64,000 nucleotides of DNA from Octopus vulgaris (lineage: Eukaryota): NCBI GenBank assembly GCA_951406725.2, contig OX597821.1, positions 930,001 to 994,000 on the forward strand, written 5' to 3'. The notes beneath the pieces were generated by a model that was given only the letters and a program-made list of their open reading frames with translations, did no database searches and was not told the DNA's origin. Made by a program: the position numbers and the translations under genes. Shown piece by piece: positions 29,101-42,686 of this stretch; positions within the stretch are counted from its first letter, which is position 1, and every line of letters starts with the position of its first letter.

Positions 29101-29382
29101 TATCCGTGTGTGCTATCATTTAATGTGAGAAAGAGACGTAAAGCGATTCGGTAAAGAAAATGTGGATGTGTGGTGGTGGTGGTGGTGGTAGTGGCGCGGA
29201 GTGGCGGTGGGGGATAAGGGCGGTATTGAGGAAAGGAGAAAAAACAAAATAAAATAAAAAATAAATATTTGAAAATCCCCCTCCCCCACTCAAGGCGGAA
29301 AACCTCATCAATGAATCCCCCATTTGTATCAAGGTCAGTTAGAAGAACTAGTTGTGATTTGGGTTTCCTGCTGCTGCTGCTG

Positions 29383-29481
<99 letters not shown>

Positions 29482-29649
29482 GTAGTAGTAGTAGTAGATT
29501 GCTAAGGGATAAAGTCGTAAAATTACGACACATCTTAGCAATGGCAACTTCTGCTGCTGCTGTTGTAGCCACTGCCGTTGATGATCCTACATCGAATATG
29601 ACTTCTTAATTTTACTATTATTATTTATTATTATTATTATTATTATTAT

Positions 29650-29861
29650 TGGCAGAAACGTTGGCAGAAACGAGCCCGTCGGGTAAAATCCTTATTGGCA
29701 TTTCTTCAGTCTTTATGTTCTGAGTTTAAATTCCGCTGTTGTTGACTTGGCTTTTCATCCTGCCAGGATCGATAAAATAAATACCAGTTGATCACTGAGG
29801 GTCGACATAATCAACTTAGCCACTTCCCCATAATTGCTGGCCTTGTGGCAAAATTTGAAAC

Positions 29862-29862
<1 letters not shown>
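29650..29862 (+). mobile_element. SINE family 1 with tail type B and (ATT)n end
   Basis: TGGCAGAAACG head and CTGAGTTTAAATTCCGC; tail GGCCTTGTGGCAAAATTTGAAACC followed by (ATT)n. Confidence 0.75.
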
Positions 29863-29929
<67 letters not shown>

Positions 29930-30831
29930 TCGTTTTTGTTTCGTTTTTTTCGGTCGGGTAAAATAAGGAAATAAGGTAGTTTTATCATTCTGAATGCGTG
30001 TCTGTTATAGGTGCCAGGATATATTCCTGAAGATGGTAAACAATTTTAATCATATATACATATATACACACACAGACACATATATAAAATCTACGTGTAT
30101 GTATAAAAACAAGTGAGTGGGAAAAGAAGGGAGGTACCCAATACATTTAGAAATAGTTTCGTATATTATTATCTAAAAGTGTTTAATTGGGTTTGATGCA
30201 ACTCAAAATTTTGTTAGGTCCTTGCATTAACTTCGTTCGTAGGGCTCAAGCGGCCGCATCAGAGTGGTGTCGGTCAGCGTTGGCAAAACTCGTATCATTT
30301 AATAAAATCGTTAAAAAGAGTACAGTGAACTTGTTGTGAGGAGATTGAAATCCAACGTTTCGGAAAGAGTCTTTCTTCAGGGAAAAGTTGAAAGAAGAGA
30401 CATTAATGAAAGACAGCAGCGTTTTACACTCTCTATGTTGGAAAGACTTTAAGCTCACTATGCAGTGACGATTAAAGTAAATGCGTGTAGATTTATCATT
30501 TATATTTTTGTAACACGTTCGTGTGCACTTCAAATTTAGAAACGCTTTCGCTGCTGTAGTAATTGTCACGGAGAAGATATTCTCCTTACAGACATTGAAC
30601 TGAGCGCTGAATGATGCAATCGAACCGTGAAACGAGTTTCGGCGCTGTTCTGCCTCATTTGTTACAGACACCAATTCAGTCGTTCTCTACCCAGTAGGAA
30701 GTGCTGAAGTTTTATAAGTAATTCACGAGTCGAGTGCGTGATTTAAACGAACTCACCAGACAAATCAATTTTTCGTTAATTATATCTTTTATCTTTTACT
30801 TGTTTCACTCATTAAACTGCGGCCATGGAGA

Positions 30832-30993
30832 AATTTTATTCGAATGAATCGTTCCCCGGTTTTACTTTTAAAGCCTGGTTTTATTCTATCGGTCTCTTTT
30901 GCAGAAACGCTAAGTTCCGTGGGCGTAAACAGAATACTACCGGTTGTCAAGCAGTAGTGGGACGCACACACACATATACACACATGCACATAC

Positions 30994-31038
<45 letters not shown>

Positions 31039-31329
31039 GGAAAGTTTACGAAAAAAAAACAACAGAATACGAAGACAGGTGGTGTACAAAACAAACAGAT
31101 GTATTAGTATAACGCTCAGGAATAGAAAAAGTCTTTTACGTTTCGTGCCTACGCTCTCTGCAGAAAGGTACACAATTTTATTCGAATGAATCGTTCCCCG
31201 GTTTTACTTTTAAAGCCTGGTTTTATTCTATCGGTCTCTTTTGCAGAAACGCTAAGTTCCGTGGGCGTAAACAGAATACTACCGGTTGTCAAGCAGTAGT
31301 GGGACGCACACACACATATACACACATGC

Positions 31330-31385
<56 letters not shown>

Positions 31386-31519
31386 GGAAAGTTTACGAAA
31401 AAAAAAAACAGAATACGAAGACAGGTGGTGTACAAAACAAACAGATGTATTAGTATAACGCTCAGGAATAGAAAAAGTCTTTTACGTTTCGTGCCTACGC
31501 TCTCTGCAGAAAGGTACAC
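30832..31519. repeat. Near-perfect tandem duplication (units 30832-31173 and 31174-31519)
   Basis: Units are identical apart from (TA)n and A-run lengths; each has a SINE family 2 segment, (TA)n and a hammerhead-like mini-element. Confidence 0.9.
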
Positions 31520-31599
31520 AGAAAAAACAAGGAGAGAAAAAAATGTGTGTAGTGGCTAGCGACACACACATACTCACACACACACATAATAATACATAC

Positions 31600-31653
<54 letters not shown>

Positions 31654-31703
31654 ATATATATATACACATACATATGCATACACGCACACACACACACACG
31701 CAC

Positions 31704-31740
<37 letters not shown>

Positions 31741-31999
31741 TACATACGCGTCGGTTCTCATGTGTGCGTGTGTTTTCCCCTAATTGTTTGACAACCGGTG
31801 TAGGTTTCTTTACTTCCCGCACCTTATCGTTTTTCGGTAAAACTAGAGCGATGAGGACGAGTATTAGACTCAATAGAAGTACCAGAGTCGAACTGAAAGA
31901 CTTAAAGAGAAAACTGTGCCCTAATGTTGATGAACAGCGTAGTCATGCTTAATAATGATTTCTTCAACCAGTAATTTTATGGAGAGTGGTTAATCAATG

Positions 32000-32345
32000 A
32001 AGGTGCAATGGCCCAGTAGTTAGAGCGTCGGGCACACAATCATGAAGTGGTGATTTCGATGACTAGACCGGGCTCTGTGTTGTGTTCACGTTGCTCCACT
32101 TCACTCAGCTGTAGAAAAGTGTTGTGACTCTACAACACCATTCCGGTACCCAAAGGACTCTGGAGCCAAGCTGCATCGGCCCCTTTGCCTTTCTCTTGAA
32201 TAACATCAGTGGTGTGGCGAGGGTAGGTTGGTATGTATGGGCTTCGGCTAGCCCTCCACAAACAACCTTTCTCAGACTTGTGCCTTGGAGGGCAACTTTC
32301 TAGGTGCAATCCCATGGTCATTCATGACCAAAGGTGGTCCTTTAA
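32000..32345 (+). mobile_element. tRNA-derived SINE, family 4
   Basis: Head GGTGCAATGGCCCAGTAGTTAGAGC..TTTCGAT; CACTCAGCTGTA central motif; distinct tail ending ATGGTCATTCATGACCAAAGG. Confidence 0.65.
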
Positions 32346-32781
32346 GTTAATCGATATTATTTATTTCAGTACTTGACTAGTATTTTATCCCCCCACCCAA
32401 CCAGCCGAAAAGATGTAAGGCAAAGTTGGTCTCAGTGGAATTTGAAACCAGAAGGCAAAGAGCCGGAAGAAATTCTACTATCATGCCAATTTGACGCTTC
32501 ACAGTACAATTAAATTTTAAACATTTCCTTCAGTACGACCACACCAGCCAGTGGACGCCTGTCAGGGATCTGCTAGATCAGGACTGGCAGGGGGTTAAGC
32601 ACTACAAACACCACTACTACCACCACCACCACCACCAACAACAACAACAATTATATGCTTTACTAAAGATAAATAAGATCAAAGGATATCAGAATCCGAT
32701 TGTAAAAAAATAATTTCTAATTCGTGCTGTCACGTTAGAGAGGGAGAGAGAGGGAGAGAGAGGGAGAGAGAGGGGGAGAGA

Positions 32782-32847
<66 letters not shown>

Positions 32848-32927
32848 AATGGTTAAAATTTCTTCATGACATATTCACATTTCCATGATAGGTGTATGTA
32901 GAGAAAGTCCTTTGAGAATAATAATAA

Positions 32928-32985
<58 letters not shown>

Positions 32986-33838
32986 TATTATTATTATTAT
33001 TATATTTATTATTATTATTTGTTTGCTTTTTGGATATATAACATGAAACTGACAGTTTCAGGAATGATTTATTGCCTGGCAAGATTTCGTAAACCATAGA
33101 TGCTGATGTATGAGATTAGATCACTATAGAGATGTCATCAGAGTTAATTAGTTTTTCAGACACTCATAGACACAAATAAAGAGCCTATATTTCCCCGCCA
33201 CCGTCATATCACATCCCATTGACTCGGTTGTCGTCTGTGTTTTTGTGAATGTAAGGTGCTTTGATAGTGACTGCTAAATGTTTATTTAGTGCATCTATAT
33301 CGAATACTTATTCTATCATCTCCCCCTTGCCTCCCCCCCTCTCTGTCCCTCTCATTCAACTTTTTTTATTATTTTTCTGAAGAGAAAGTAGTGTTGTTTG
33401 TATTTGTTATTTGAACATCGCAGGATTTAGAGAGCTCACAGAATGTCTTATCTTTGGATCAGACTTAAGTTACTAAAGCGCTTACACGCGCATGTTCTTA
33501 TATGTACGTATATCGCGATATCGGACGTTGTCATGCATCGCTGGTCACAATGTGCTTCGCCTTATTTTTGGGGCTATCGTACGACGTCACCCCACCCCAC
33601 GCACGCGGGGTGAGCAGGCCGATATTCTCCCTTATCGGAAAGTTCCTCTCTCACAGGGTTACCCATCTGCGGCCGAGTGGACTGGAGCAACATGAAAATG
33701 AAGAGTCTTGCTCAAGAACACAACGCGCCACACTCAGTCCGGGAATCGAACCCATGATGACCTAGCATGGCCACGTACCTTCACATAATATACATGAATA
33801 TATATAACAAAGCAACACCAAGGAAAATAATAAATGCA

Positions 33839-34079
33839 CAGTAATCCCTCACCATATCGCGGTTCACCTATCGCGGTTCACCTATCACGGTTTATTATTT
33901 AAGCTAATGTCGATTCTTCCGTGGTGTTCTTTTGCATTTATAATGCAATAAGTATATATAAATTATAAAAATAATAAAAAAAAAAACCCACACAGTACAG
34001 TGCTGCTTCTACTTCGCGGATTTTCACCTATCGCGGGGGGTTTTGGAATGTAACGCCCGCGATAGTCGAGGGATTACTG
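33839..34079. mobile_element. pogo/Tigger-like MITE
   Basis: TIRs CAGTAATCCCTC / GAGGGATTACTG; internal repeats of TTCACCTATCGCGG; flanked by CA on both sides. Confidence 0.85.
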
Positions 34080-34093
34080 CATATGTACATATA

Positions 34094-34257
34094 GGTGCAG
34101 GTGTGGGTGTATGGTTAGAAGCTTTATTCCCAGCCACATGGTTCGAGGTTCAGTCCCACTGTGTGGTACCTTGGGCAAGTGTCTTCTACTATAGTCTCAG
34201 GCCGACCAAAGCCTTGTGAGTGGATTTGGTAGACGAAAACTGAGACAAGCCTGTCCT

Positions 34258-34315
<58 letters not shown>

Positions 34316-34446
34316 TTATGAGTGTGTGCCTTCGTGTCTGTGTTTGTCCCCCTACAGACACACACCATTGCCTGACAACTGATCTTGATGTCTTCACGTC
34401 CCCGAAAGTTAATGGTTCAGCAAAGACCGATAGAATAAGTACTAGG

Positions 34447-34448
<2 letters not shown>
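34094..34448 (+). mobile_element. SINE family 2, 3'-truncated
   Basis: tRNA-like head, CCTTGGGCAAGT, internal (TG)n(TA)n, then second module. Confidence 0.8.
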
Positions 34449-34497
<49 letters not shown>

Positions 34498-36691
34498 ATC
34501 TAACATCTCACATACAAACGCTTCATCCATCCATCCATCCATCACTCGGCCTTCAACACAGTTTCCGTCTGGCAACTTCGCTCAAAGAGTTTCAGTCGAC
34601 CCAAAGCAAAAGTAGTCTACACTTGCCCATGATGTGGTGCTATAGGATGGGACCTGGAATCTCGTTGTTGCAACAGAAGATAGTATCAGCAATCTGAAAA
34701 CCAATGGGAGCACAGTTTCCATGGTACGATCCGAAGATTAACTGCCACACACACACGCACGCAAGCACATATACATATGCAGCAAGTACCACCGAGTGTC
34801 TTTGTTTCCCGCTATGCTTCAATCAAGCTGTATAGCGTTGCTGCCAGACTCCAGCTGTCGCCCGTTGGCGGAGGAGTTTTAAATAGAAAAAGATCCCGCT
34901 GCCGTATGTGCCTTTAACAAGGTTCTATGGATCTCATTGTTCGTGTAACCCAACCTAAAATGCTAGTAGGAGGTAAATGGAGCGTGGGAAAAGATTCAGT
35001 GGTGCAAACATATTTAGAAATGGAGGAGATGATAAGTGCAGTACAGAACACGTGGACTGGGCTGGGTCGAATACGAAAGAAATGAATATTCTGCAAGGTT
35101 AACGAAGGCAACCAAGATAGTTTGATCGAAGAATTTTGCTAGAGTGAAAAAGGGAATGGTGCGAGTAAAGCAGTTGGTTTAGGAGACCGAAGTGCATGAG
35201 TGCGAGGGAGAAAGCCGAATAAAAGAAGCTGATGTAGAGTATGTTGTTGAAAATGGAACCAGATAGTTTGTGATTATTCCTGAGGAACCAGTTAGTTTAT
35301 GATTTTTTTTCCGGTCAATAAACAAATGCTGGGGCTGGAGAGATTTCTCATTGCCATCGGTTTGGACGCTGTTCTTCGTTGGAGTATATTCTTGCATGTT
35401 GCAGATCAGTCGTTACACAATATACTTGTAGATCATTTTATCTATGGACCCTATTGATTACTGGTGGACTCCCATTGCTATTCGGTGTTTAAAAACTAAT
35501 TTTATAGATACTTTTTTTTAAAATTCCCATTTTGTGTTTCATTCTCTTTGAGAACATGTTACAGTGGCTGGAAACATGTTAAACTATGTAAAACATTAAA
35601 GATAGAGACCTAGCTGTTACTTGCAATAAATATATCTAAACGAAAAAATTTCCATGCACCATTCAAATGTAACTGTGGATCCCTTACTTGTATGGACTCC
35701 TCAAAATCTTATGTAGACTCCCAAGGGTCATATGGACCTTGTTTGTGAACCACTGCTGAAGATATAAAACCAGTTCTTCAGGTTACCTGGTAATGCGATG
35801 AAACAGCAATGCAATGAGACTCGACATAAAAAGTACACCCTTTTATAGCCTATAAGGAGGGCAAAAAGGGACAGCGTAGGAGCGTAAACAAAGGAAAGAA
35901 GAGAGCCAGTCTTCTGAATGCCTGAAAGGTGGAAATAAATTTAAAGAAATGACTTGGTTTTCCCCCAGAATATTGTAATAAGGAAGCTGTGCTTTTGAGT
36001 TGATGATGCCTTAGAAGGGGCAATGTGGAATAGGTTGATGAAAAGAAGGGTCTCAGATACGATGAAATTAAGGAGGTGTGCAAAGCACAAGGTTATCAGT
36101 GTAACAATATACAGTGTTTCTGGTAAAGGTGAGATGTCATAGGTTTGTATATTGATAAACGTTTTTGAACTTAGGAAGGGTCGGTAGGCAGTAATACGAA
36201 AATTGAAGAAGCGGGAAAAGATACATCATGAAGGATGTGAGAGAAAGACTAAAGTTGTGATGGAAGGAAAAATTGTGAGCGAGTAGTAAAACAAGATAAA
36301 TACTACATGGCTAAGTGATTACAGCCGTATCTAACTGGTTGTTGCAGCATAGATAACCAGGATCATCAATGGTGCTCGGCAAAGAGAAAGCGATACCGCT
36401 GGAAGTTGCCGAAATCGCAGTGATTGTAGTCGATAGGTATGGCGGGAATGTTACGCAGTGCATATCCGGTCTAAAATAATATACAAACACATGATATCAT
36501 GTATGATAGCTGAGTTGGTAGGCGTTCGATAAGGGGCTAATTCTCACCGTTTTAACTGTGCATAATTTTATGCAAATCTTATGTAATTTATCACAAAATT
36601 AGGTGTAATGTGGTTCGAAGCGGAGTGGCAGTGAAACAATTGTAACTAACAATAAACTTAGGCGTTACTGATATTTCATATTTATCTTTGA

Positions 36692-36765
<74 letters not shown>

Positions 36766-36860
36766 CGTGTGTGCATACGCATATGTGTGTGTGTGTGTGT
36801 GTGTGTGGTTGTATTTGTCTCCCGCCACTTGACTGCAACTCCAAATGACCGTGACTGTAT

Positions 36861-36906
36861 CTGTCACTGAGGATATGAAATGACGCCGAAACACGGTGTC
36901 CGACAG
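36861..36906 (+). ncRNA. Type I hammerhead ribozyme-like motif
   Basis: CTGTCA-CTGAGGA-[decayed helix II]-GAAA-CAC(G)GTGT-C-CGACAG; intact core boxes, GUC triplet, 5-bp helix I CTGTC/GACAG. Confidence 0.6.
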
Positions 36907-37187
36907 TCCGTTGACGTCATTTGACGCCCGGCTTGATGTGGTTTTACACATGAAGTCTATATAAAGAAAATTTTCTCCAAGAAAAGAATCCCGTGGCGAA
37001 TGCTTGTTTACATTTTGTTTACAGGAAACGTTTTTACAAATAAACATACACACCTTCAAACACACACACACACACACACACACACCTATAAATTAATACT
37101 TTGAAACATGCAGCACCGTTCAGGAATTTGGAAATATATAAACTGAATGACAAACAAGCCAAAAGAAACATAATCCTACTGCTGCTG

Positions 37188-37219
<32 letters not shown>

Positions 37220-37238
37220 ACTACTACTGCTGCTGCTG

Positions 37239-37272
<34 letters not shown>

Positions 37273-37972
37273 CTCTACACATTCCGTCGTTTACTACCAA
37301 CTACCAACTCTTCTAAGAGTACCACCTTCTTCCCGCTAGCTCGTAAAGCTCGTACTTCACATCTTCCGGAACACCCGGCACAGTCCCGACTTGTAACTCC
37401 CCCCACCGACGCATGGCTTCTTAATTCATCTTTCTCTTTCCCTCACACACACATACACACACATACGCGCGCCTATACACTCATGCACGGATACATACGC
37501 ACACGTTTGTTGCTACTGAACAGCTTAAGTCTTCTTTCACACGTTCATGTGAAGAACGATGTTAAGTTTCTGCTTCAGCTTGGCACCAAACTGGGAAGAG
37601 GTTTGGGGGAAGAAGAGGAAGTGGGGGCAAGGAAAGCGGGGGTGGTTGAGTGGTTGTGATGGAAAGTGTGGCGGTAGTGGAGAGAGAGAGAGAGAGATGG
37701 AGTAGGCTGAGTTAAAGAGAAACCAGTGACAAGGTGACGTAGAGTGCTGGTGGTGAAGTATCGAAGTATGGCGGATGGTAGCGAGCACAGGTTGTATATG
37801 GTTAGGTGCAAATATGTGAATTTAGTCGACATACCACTTAACCATCCATTCACCCATCCATTCATTCATTCATTCACCCATTCATTCATTCATCCATTTT
37901 CCATCCGCCAGACAATCCAAACACGTATCCGGCCTAACCATGCATTCTACAAAACCACCCACCCAGCTAAAC

Positions 37973-38447
37973 CAGGGTTTCTTAACCATTTTTTTCTGTC
38001 TAGGGACTCCTTTGATTACTATTTCATTCTGGTGAACCCTAATACCATTCGATGTTTAAAAACTAGTTTTACAGAAACTTCTTTCAAAATTCCTATTCAA
38101 CTTGTGTAGGTTGAAATATGTGAAATGTGAGTGAAAGAAACCTGTTTCTTGCAATACACACCATTACATACATGTAAAATGAAATTTTTTCAGTGGATTT
38201 TCAATTTGCTATTTTGTTGTGCTGACCCCACAAAAATCTTATATGAACCCTGGTTGAGAATCACTGATTTAAAGAAAGAACCCTAGCTGTTTCTTGCAAT
38301 ACATACAAATACCTACATCTAAAGCAAAAGTTTTTCAGAGTCTCTTAAAGTAGTATTGTGGATTCTCAATTTATTATTTTATTGCATACCCACCTAATCT
38401 TATATGAACTTTCAAGGGCCATATGAACCCCGGTTGAATATCACTGG
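37973..38447. mobile_element. hAT-like MITE with internal duplication and 8-bp TSD
   Basis: CAGGGTTTCTTAACC / GGTTGAATATCACTG; TSD AGCTAAAC at 37965-37972 and 38448-38455; extra right-end copy near 38250-38265. Confidence 0.8.
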
Positions 38448-38548
38448 AGCTAAACTATCCACCCCTCTTTGATCCTTATTTTACTCGGATGGACCCTCAT
38501 AGCCATTCGATGCTAAAAAAAACAAAATCGTATATTTTCATAATTAAA

Positions 38549-38766
38549 TATTCTTTTCTATTCTAAGCACAAGGCCCGAAATGTTGCAGGAGGAGGGGCC
38601 AGTCAATGAGATCGACCTCAGTACGCAACTGGTGCTTAGTTTATCGACATCGAAAGGATGAAAGGCAAAGTCGACTTCGGCGTAATTTGAACTCAGAACG
38701 AAAAAACAGACGAAATACCCCTGAGCATTTCACCCGGCGTGCTAACGTGACTGCCAGCTCGCCGCC
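38549..38766 (-). mobile_element. SINE family 1, full length, tail type B
   Basis: Head GGCGGCGAGCTGGCAG; tail TTTCGGGCCTTGTGCTTAGAATAGAAAAGAAT. Confidence 0.85.
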
Positions 38767-38794
38767 AGATGTTTTATGTCTTAAAGAAACGATG

Positions 38795-39012
38795 AAGGCG
38801 CGTGGCTTAGTGGTTAGGGTATTCGGCTCACGATCATAAGGTCGGGATTTCGATTCCTGGCGAAGCGTTGTGTCCTTGAGCAGGTTACTTTATTTCACGT
38901 TACTCCAGTCCACTCAGCTAGCAAAAAATGAGTTGTACCTGTTATTCACAGGGGGCTAAACTTGTCACATTCTGAGTCACGCTGAATCTCCATCAGAACT
39001 ACGTTAAGGGTA
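38795..39012 (+). mobile_element. SINE family 5, 3'-truncated
   Basis: Homologous to 7506-8025. Confidence 0.8.
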
Positions 39013-39968
39013 TAAAAAAGTGGTTGTCAACTTTTCGAGTCATACCGACTCATAAGCCTGCCAGCCAGCCGGCTACGGTTGACCAAATAGTTACAGCAGC
39101 CCGCCCGCCCGCCCAACCACCAGACCAGCCAGTCTGCTACTGAATGTCAACAAACAAAAATATCTTCACCAACGGCGACATTCTTCAAGTTCGTGTCTTA
39201 AAGAATGACAGACGGCATGTCACCTCCCACCACCACCACATGATTTATCTACATTATAACTCCTCTGAACAGTACCCTTCCTCTGTCATACAGCCGTCGC
39301 CACCGCCGCCGCAAAAACAAACCAATTCCAACAATAACCACCACTGCCACCACCAAGCCTCTATTTTGTCGCTAGAAATACTAGCCAAATGTCCTTCAAA
39401 TCCTCTTTCTTCCTTCCTTCCTTCCTGTCACAGTCTAAGAATACCCAAGAACACATTCGTTATCCAATGTAACCCTGGGTTTCATGCGCATAAGTAAAAG
39501 ACTGGATGATCACGGATGGAACTCATTTCATTATATAAGTCTGCTAAATCGACATTGACCTGGTGATTGTGGCGGTGGTGGGGGCACGTAATCAACAACA
39601 ACGAGAACAACGCCAACATGGAGTATGAAGGCCCGCTCCGCTACGTCCTTCAGATTTATTTTGTCCTTAAATTTGTGTCCATCTTCTCAAGCCCCACCAT
39701 CACCACCATCACCACCATCACCACCATCACCACCGGTCGTCTAACAGTGCTACCATCTCGGGTCATCTAACGACGGCGTAATCTATCGTGATTTATCTCC
39801 CCTTACACACCACCACCACCACCACCACACACCACCACCACCACCACCAAGACACTCTTTCCTTTCGGCCATCTTGCACTGCTCTGACCCCCCAACAACA
39901 CATCAATCTTTCCTCCTTTTCTCTCCCTCTCACGATCACCAACAGCATCACCATTCACTATATTTGCC

Positions 39969-40023
<55 letters not shown>

Positions 40024-41412
40024 ACATACAGTCGCGCTCAAACACACATAAACAAACTCTTGCTCCTACCACTACCCACGTCAATCACTATTGCTAACCA
40101 AAGCATTGGCCCTTCCTCCCACCCTCATTTTCACCTTTACCGCCGCTGCCACTACCACTATCACTACCGTCACGGCAACCCATTCAACTATTGCTATGAA
40201 ACCACCACCACCACCACCACCACCACCACCACCACCACCACCACCACCACCGCCTCCACCCTCACTGTTCTGCTGCTCGTAGAATCTATTATCGTTTCGT
40301 TAACATATATATCAAATAACCAGTGACTTGTGTAGCGGCGATGGTGTCGGTGGTGGTGGTGATGCTGATGGTGGTAGTGGTGGTTGTGGCATTTGTATAT
40401 CTATGCTTGTGATGGTGGTAGTGTTGGAATAGATGGAAAGTAGAGGTGGTAGTGGTGGTGCTTGTGTGTGAGGGTTTTGTGTGTATGCATGTGTGTGTGT
40501 GGGTTTAGTTCGTGCATATTTGTGGCTAAGACGACGGTGGCGATGGTGGTTGTAGTGATGGTGGTGATGACGGTGATGATGATGATGTAGTTACACTCTG
40601 GTGGTGGTGGCGGCGGTGGCGGCATTTGTATATTTATGTTTGTAATGGCGGTGGTGGGGATTGTTTTGGTGTGTGTGTGTGTGTGTATGCAGATTTATGA
40701 CTGATGGCGGCGGCAGCGTCAGTGGTGGTGGGTGGTAGCGGTAGTAGGATGATGGTAATGATGTTGATGGTGATGATGATAATAATTATGATGATGTAGA
40801 TGCGTGGTGGTGATGGTGGCTGTATATTTATGGTTGTGATGATGGGTGTGGCGGTGTAGATGTAAAATAATGATGATGATGATGATGATGTACATATCTT
40901 GGGATGGCGGCGGCGGCGATAGTGGAGGCAGCGGTGAGTGGAGTGGGAGGGAGGTGAATGAAACTTCAACATACCAAGACAAGATGATAAATCATACAAA
41001 CAAACCAACCAATCGTAAGGCAATAAATAAGCAAATAAATAAACAAATACTTATAAACAAGGCGCCATTACTGGTTTTTTGGTTATGTTACTGAGATATG
41101 ACAACGAGGCCGCTTCTACGGCGACCGCTGGAATCTGCGAGAAGAAACAGCTAAAACCTCCCTTAACTCTATAGTTAGTATCGAAATTACTCTAATTCTA
41201 CAGTTTATTTCTATTGATTTCCTGTCGTACTCAGAACTAGAGGTTACGATGCTTCTATAGTAAATCTGCAGGCGTGGCTGTGTGGTAAGAAGCTTGCTTT
41301 CCAACCACATGGTTCCGGGTTCAATCCCATTGAGTGACATCTTGGGCAAGCCTCGGGCAGACTAAAGCCGTGTGAGTGGATTTGGTAGACAGAAATCGAA
41401 AAGAAGCCCGTC

Positions 41413-41507
<95 letters not shown>

Positions 41508-41550
41508 CAGCAGTAGAGATTTAACATTGTTTGTATCTCCTTTATATATA

Positions 41551-42416
41551 TACTAGCATTAAATTACCCGTCGTTGCCGGGTTATAGTGCTAGTGCATGT
41601 ATATATGTGTATTTATATGTGTACATATTACATGGACATCTATATATATACATCTACACATAAAATGCAAAATACAAAGTTATATCTTGATATCGCTAGT
41701 GATAACAATACTCAAAATATATAACAGATTGGAATTGTTAGCTCTTCTTTTTTCTCTACATTGTATACTTTATAGACGATAGTCTTTTCTTTAATTTAAT
41801 TTTTTATTATCCATCTGGACTATTCCATTTCTGCACGCTAATTTTATTTTTAATTTAATTCCCATTCATGTGAAACCACTTATTCAAGTTCAAATCATTG
41901 ATGCAATTTTATACCAATTGCTATTTTTACTTATATTATACTTTAGTTTGATTTTAATTATTACTTACTACATATAATTCAATTGTTATTATTATTTTTA
42001 TTGTTAAAGTGAAAGCATCTGACATAAAATAGTGAAATATTTTTGTTTCACTTTTAACACGTAATAATGAAATAGTGGAGAAGATATGATATTGCTATGG
42101 GCTCGCTCTAGGCAAGAAGTTGAACATTTTTTTGCCCATGAAACTACATGAACCCTAAGTAAAGCATGTGTAAAATTTGAATGAAATTGGTTGAGTTCTC
42201 AAGTTTTAGGGAATCGTAGTGGAGAAGATATGATATTGCTGTGGGCTCGCCCTTGGTAAAAAGTTAAGTTTTTTGCCGATGACACTCACTGGACCCTAAG
42301 TAAGGCATATGTAAAATTTGAATGAAATTGGTTGCGTAGTTCTCAAGTTTCATTGTAGGGAAACATTGTAGGGAAACACACAGACAGACGGACAGACAGA
42401 CACACATTCTTAGTTT

Positions 42417-42420
<4 letters not shown>
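41551..42420 (+). mobile_element. Non-autonomous Helitron/Helentron-like (DINE-1/HINE-like) element with internal ~143-bp tandem duplication
   Basis: Starts TACTAGC..ACCCGTCGTTGCCGGGT (hairpin); ends GTAAAATTTGAATGAAATTGG..(ACAG)n..TTTTATATA; two AGTGGAGAAGATATGATATTGCT units at ~42073 and ~42218; TA-rich flanks. Confidence 0.65.
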
Positions 42421-42468
<48 letters not shown>

Positions 42469-42485
42469 CTGGACCGCTGAAATTC

Positions 42486-42521
42486 CTTCCTGTTGAAGAG
42501 CGTAGGCTCGAAACGTAAAAG
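42486..42521 (+). ncRNA. Minimal hammerhead-like motif of mini-element family H1
   Basis: CTTC-CTGTTGA-A-GAGC(GTAG)GCTC-GAAA-CGTA-AAAG; other copies at 31133-31167, 31479-31513 and 58220-58255 (all minus strand). Confidence 0.55.
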
Positions 42522-42653
42522 ACTTTTTCATTTTCCCGAGCGTCAAACAATACACCTGTTTGTTGTTAATACACCTGTCTTCGTGTATTGTTTTTCTATA
42601 AATTTTAAATACATATATATATATGTGTGTGTGTGTGTACATACATACATACA

Positions 42654-42686
<33 letters not shown>

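Noticed and set aside
34790-36500. Purine-rich stretch suspected to be a decayed minus-strand LINE
   Set aside because: No diagnostic motif could be read with confidence; interrupted by a hAT MITE; needs a tBLASTx search
40330-40930. Three loose repeats of GGCATTTGTATAT..TTGT.ATGG
   Set aside because: Embedded in (GGT)/(GAT) low-complexity sequence; consistent with slippage
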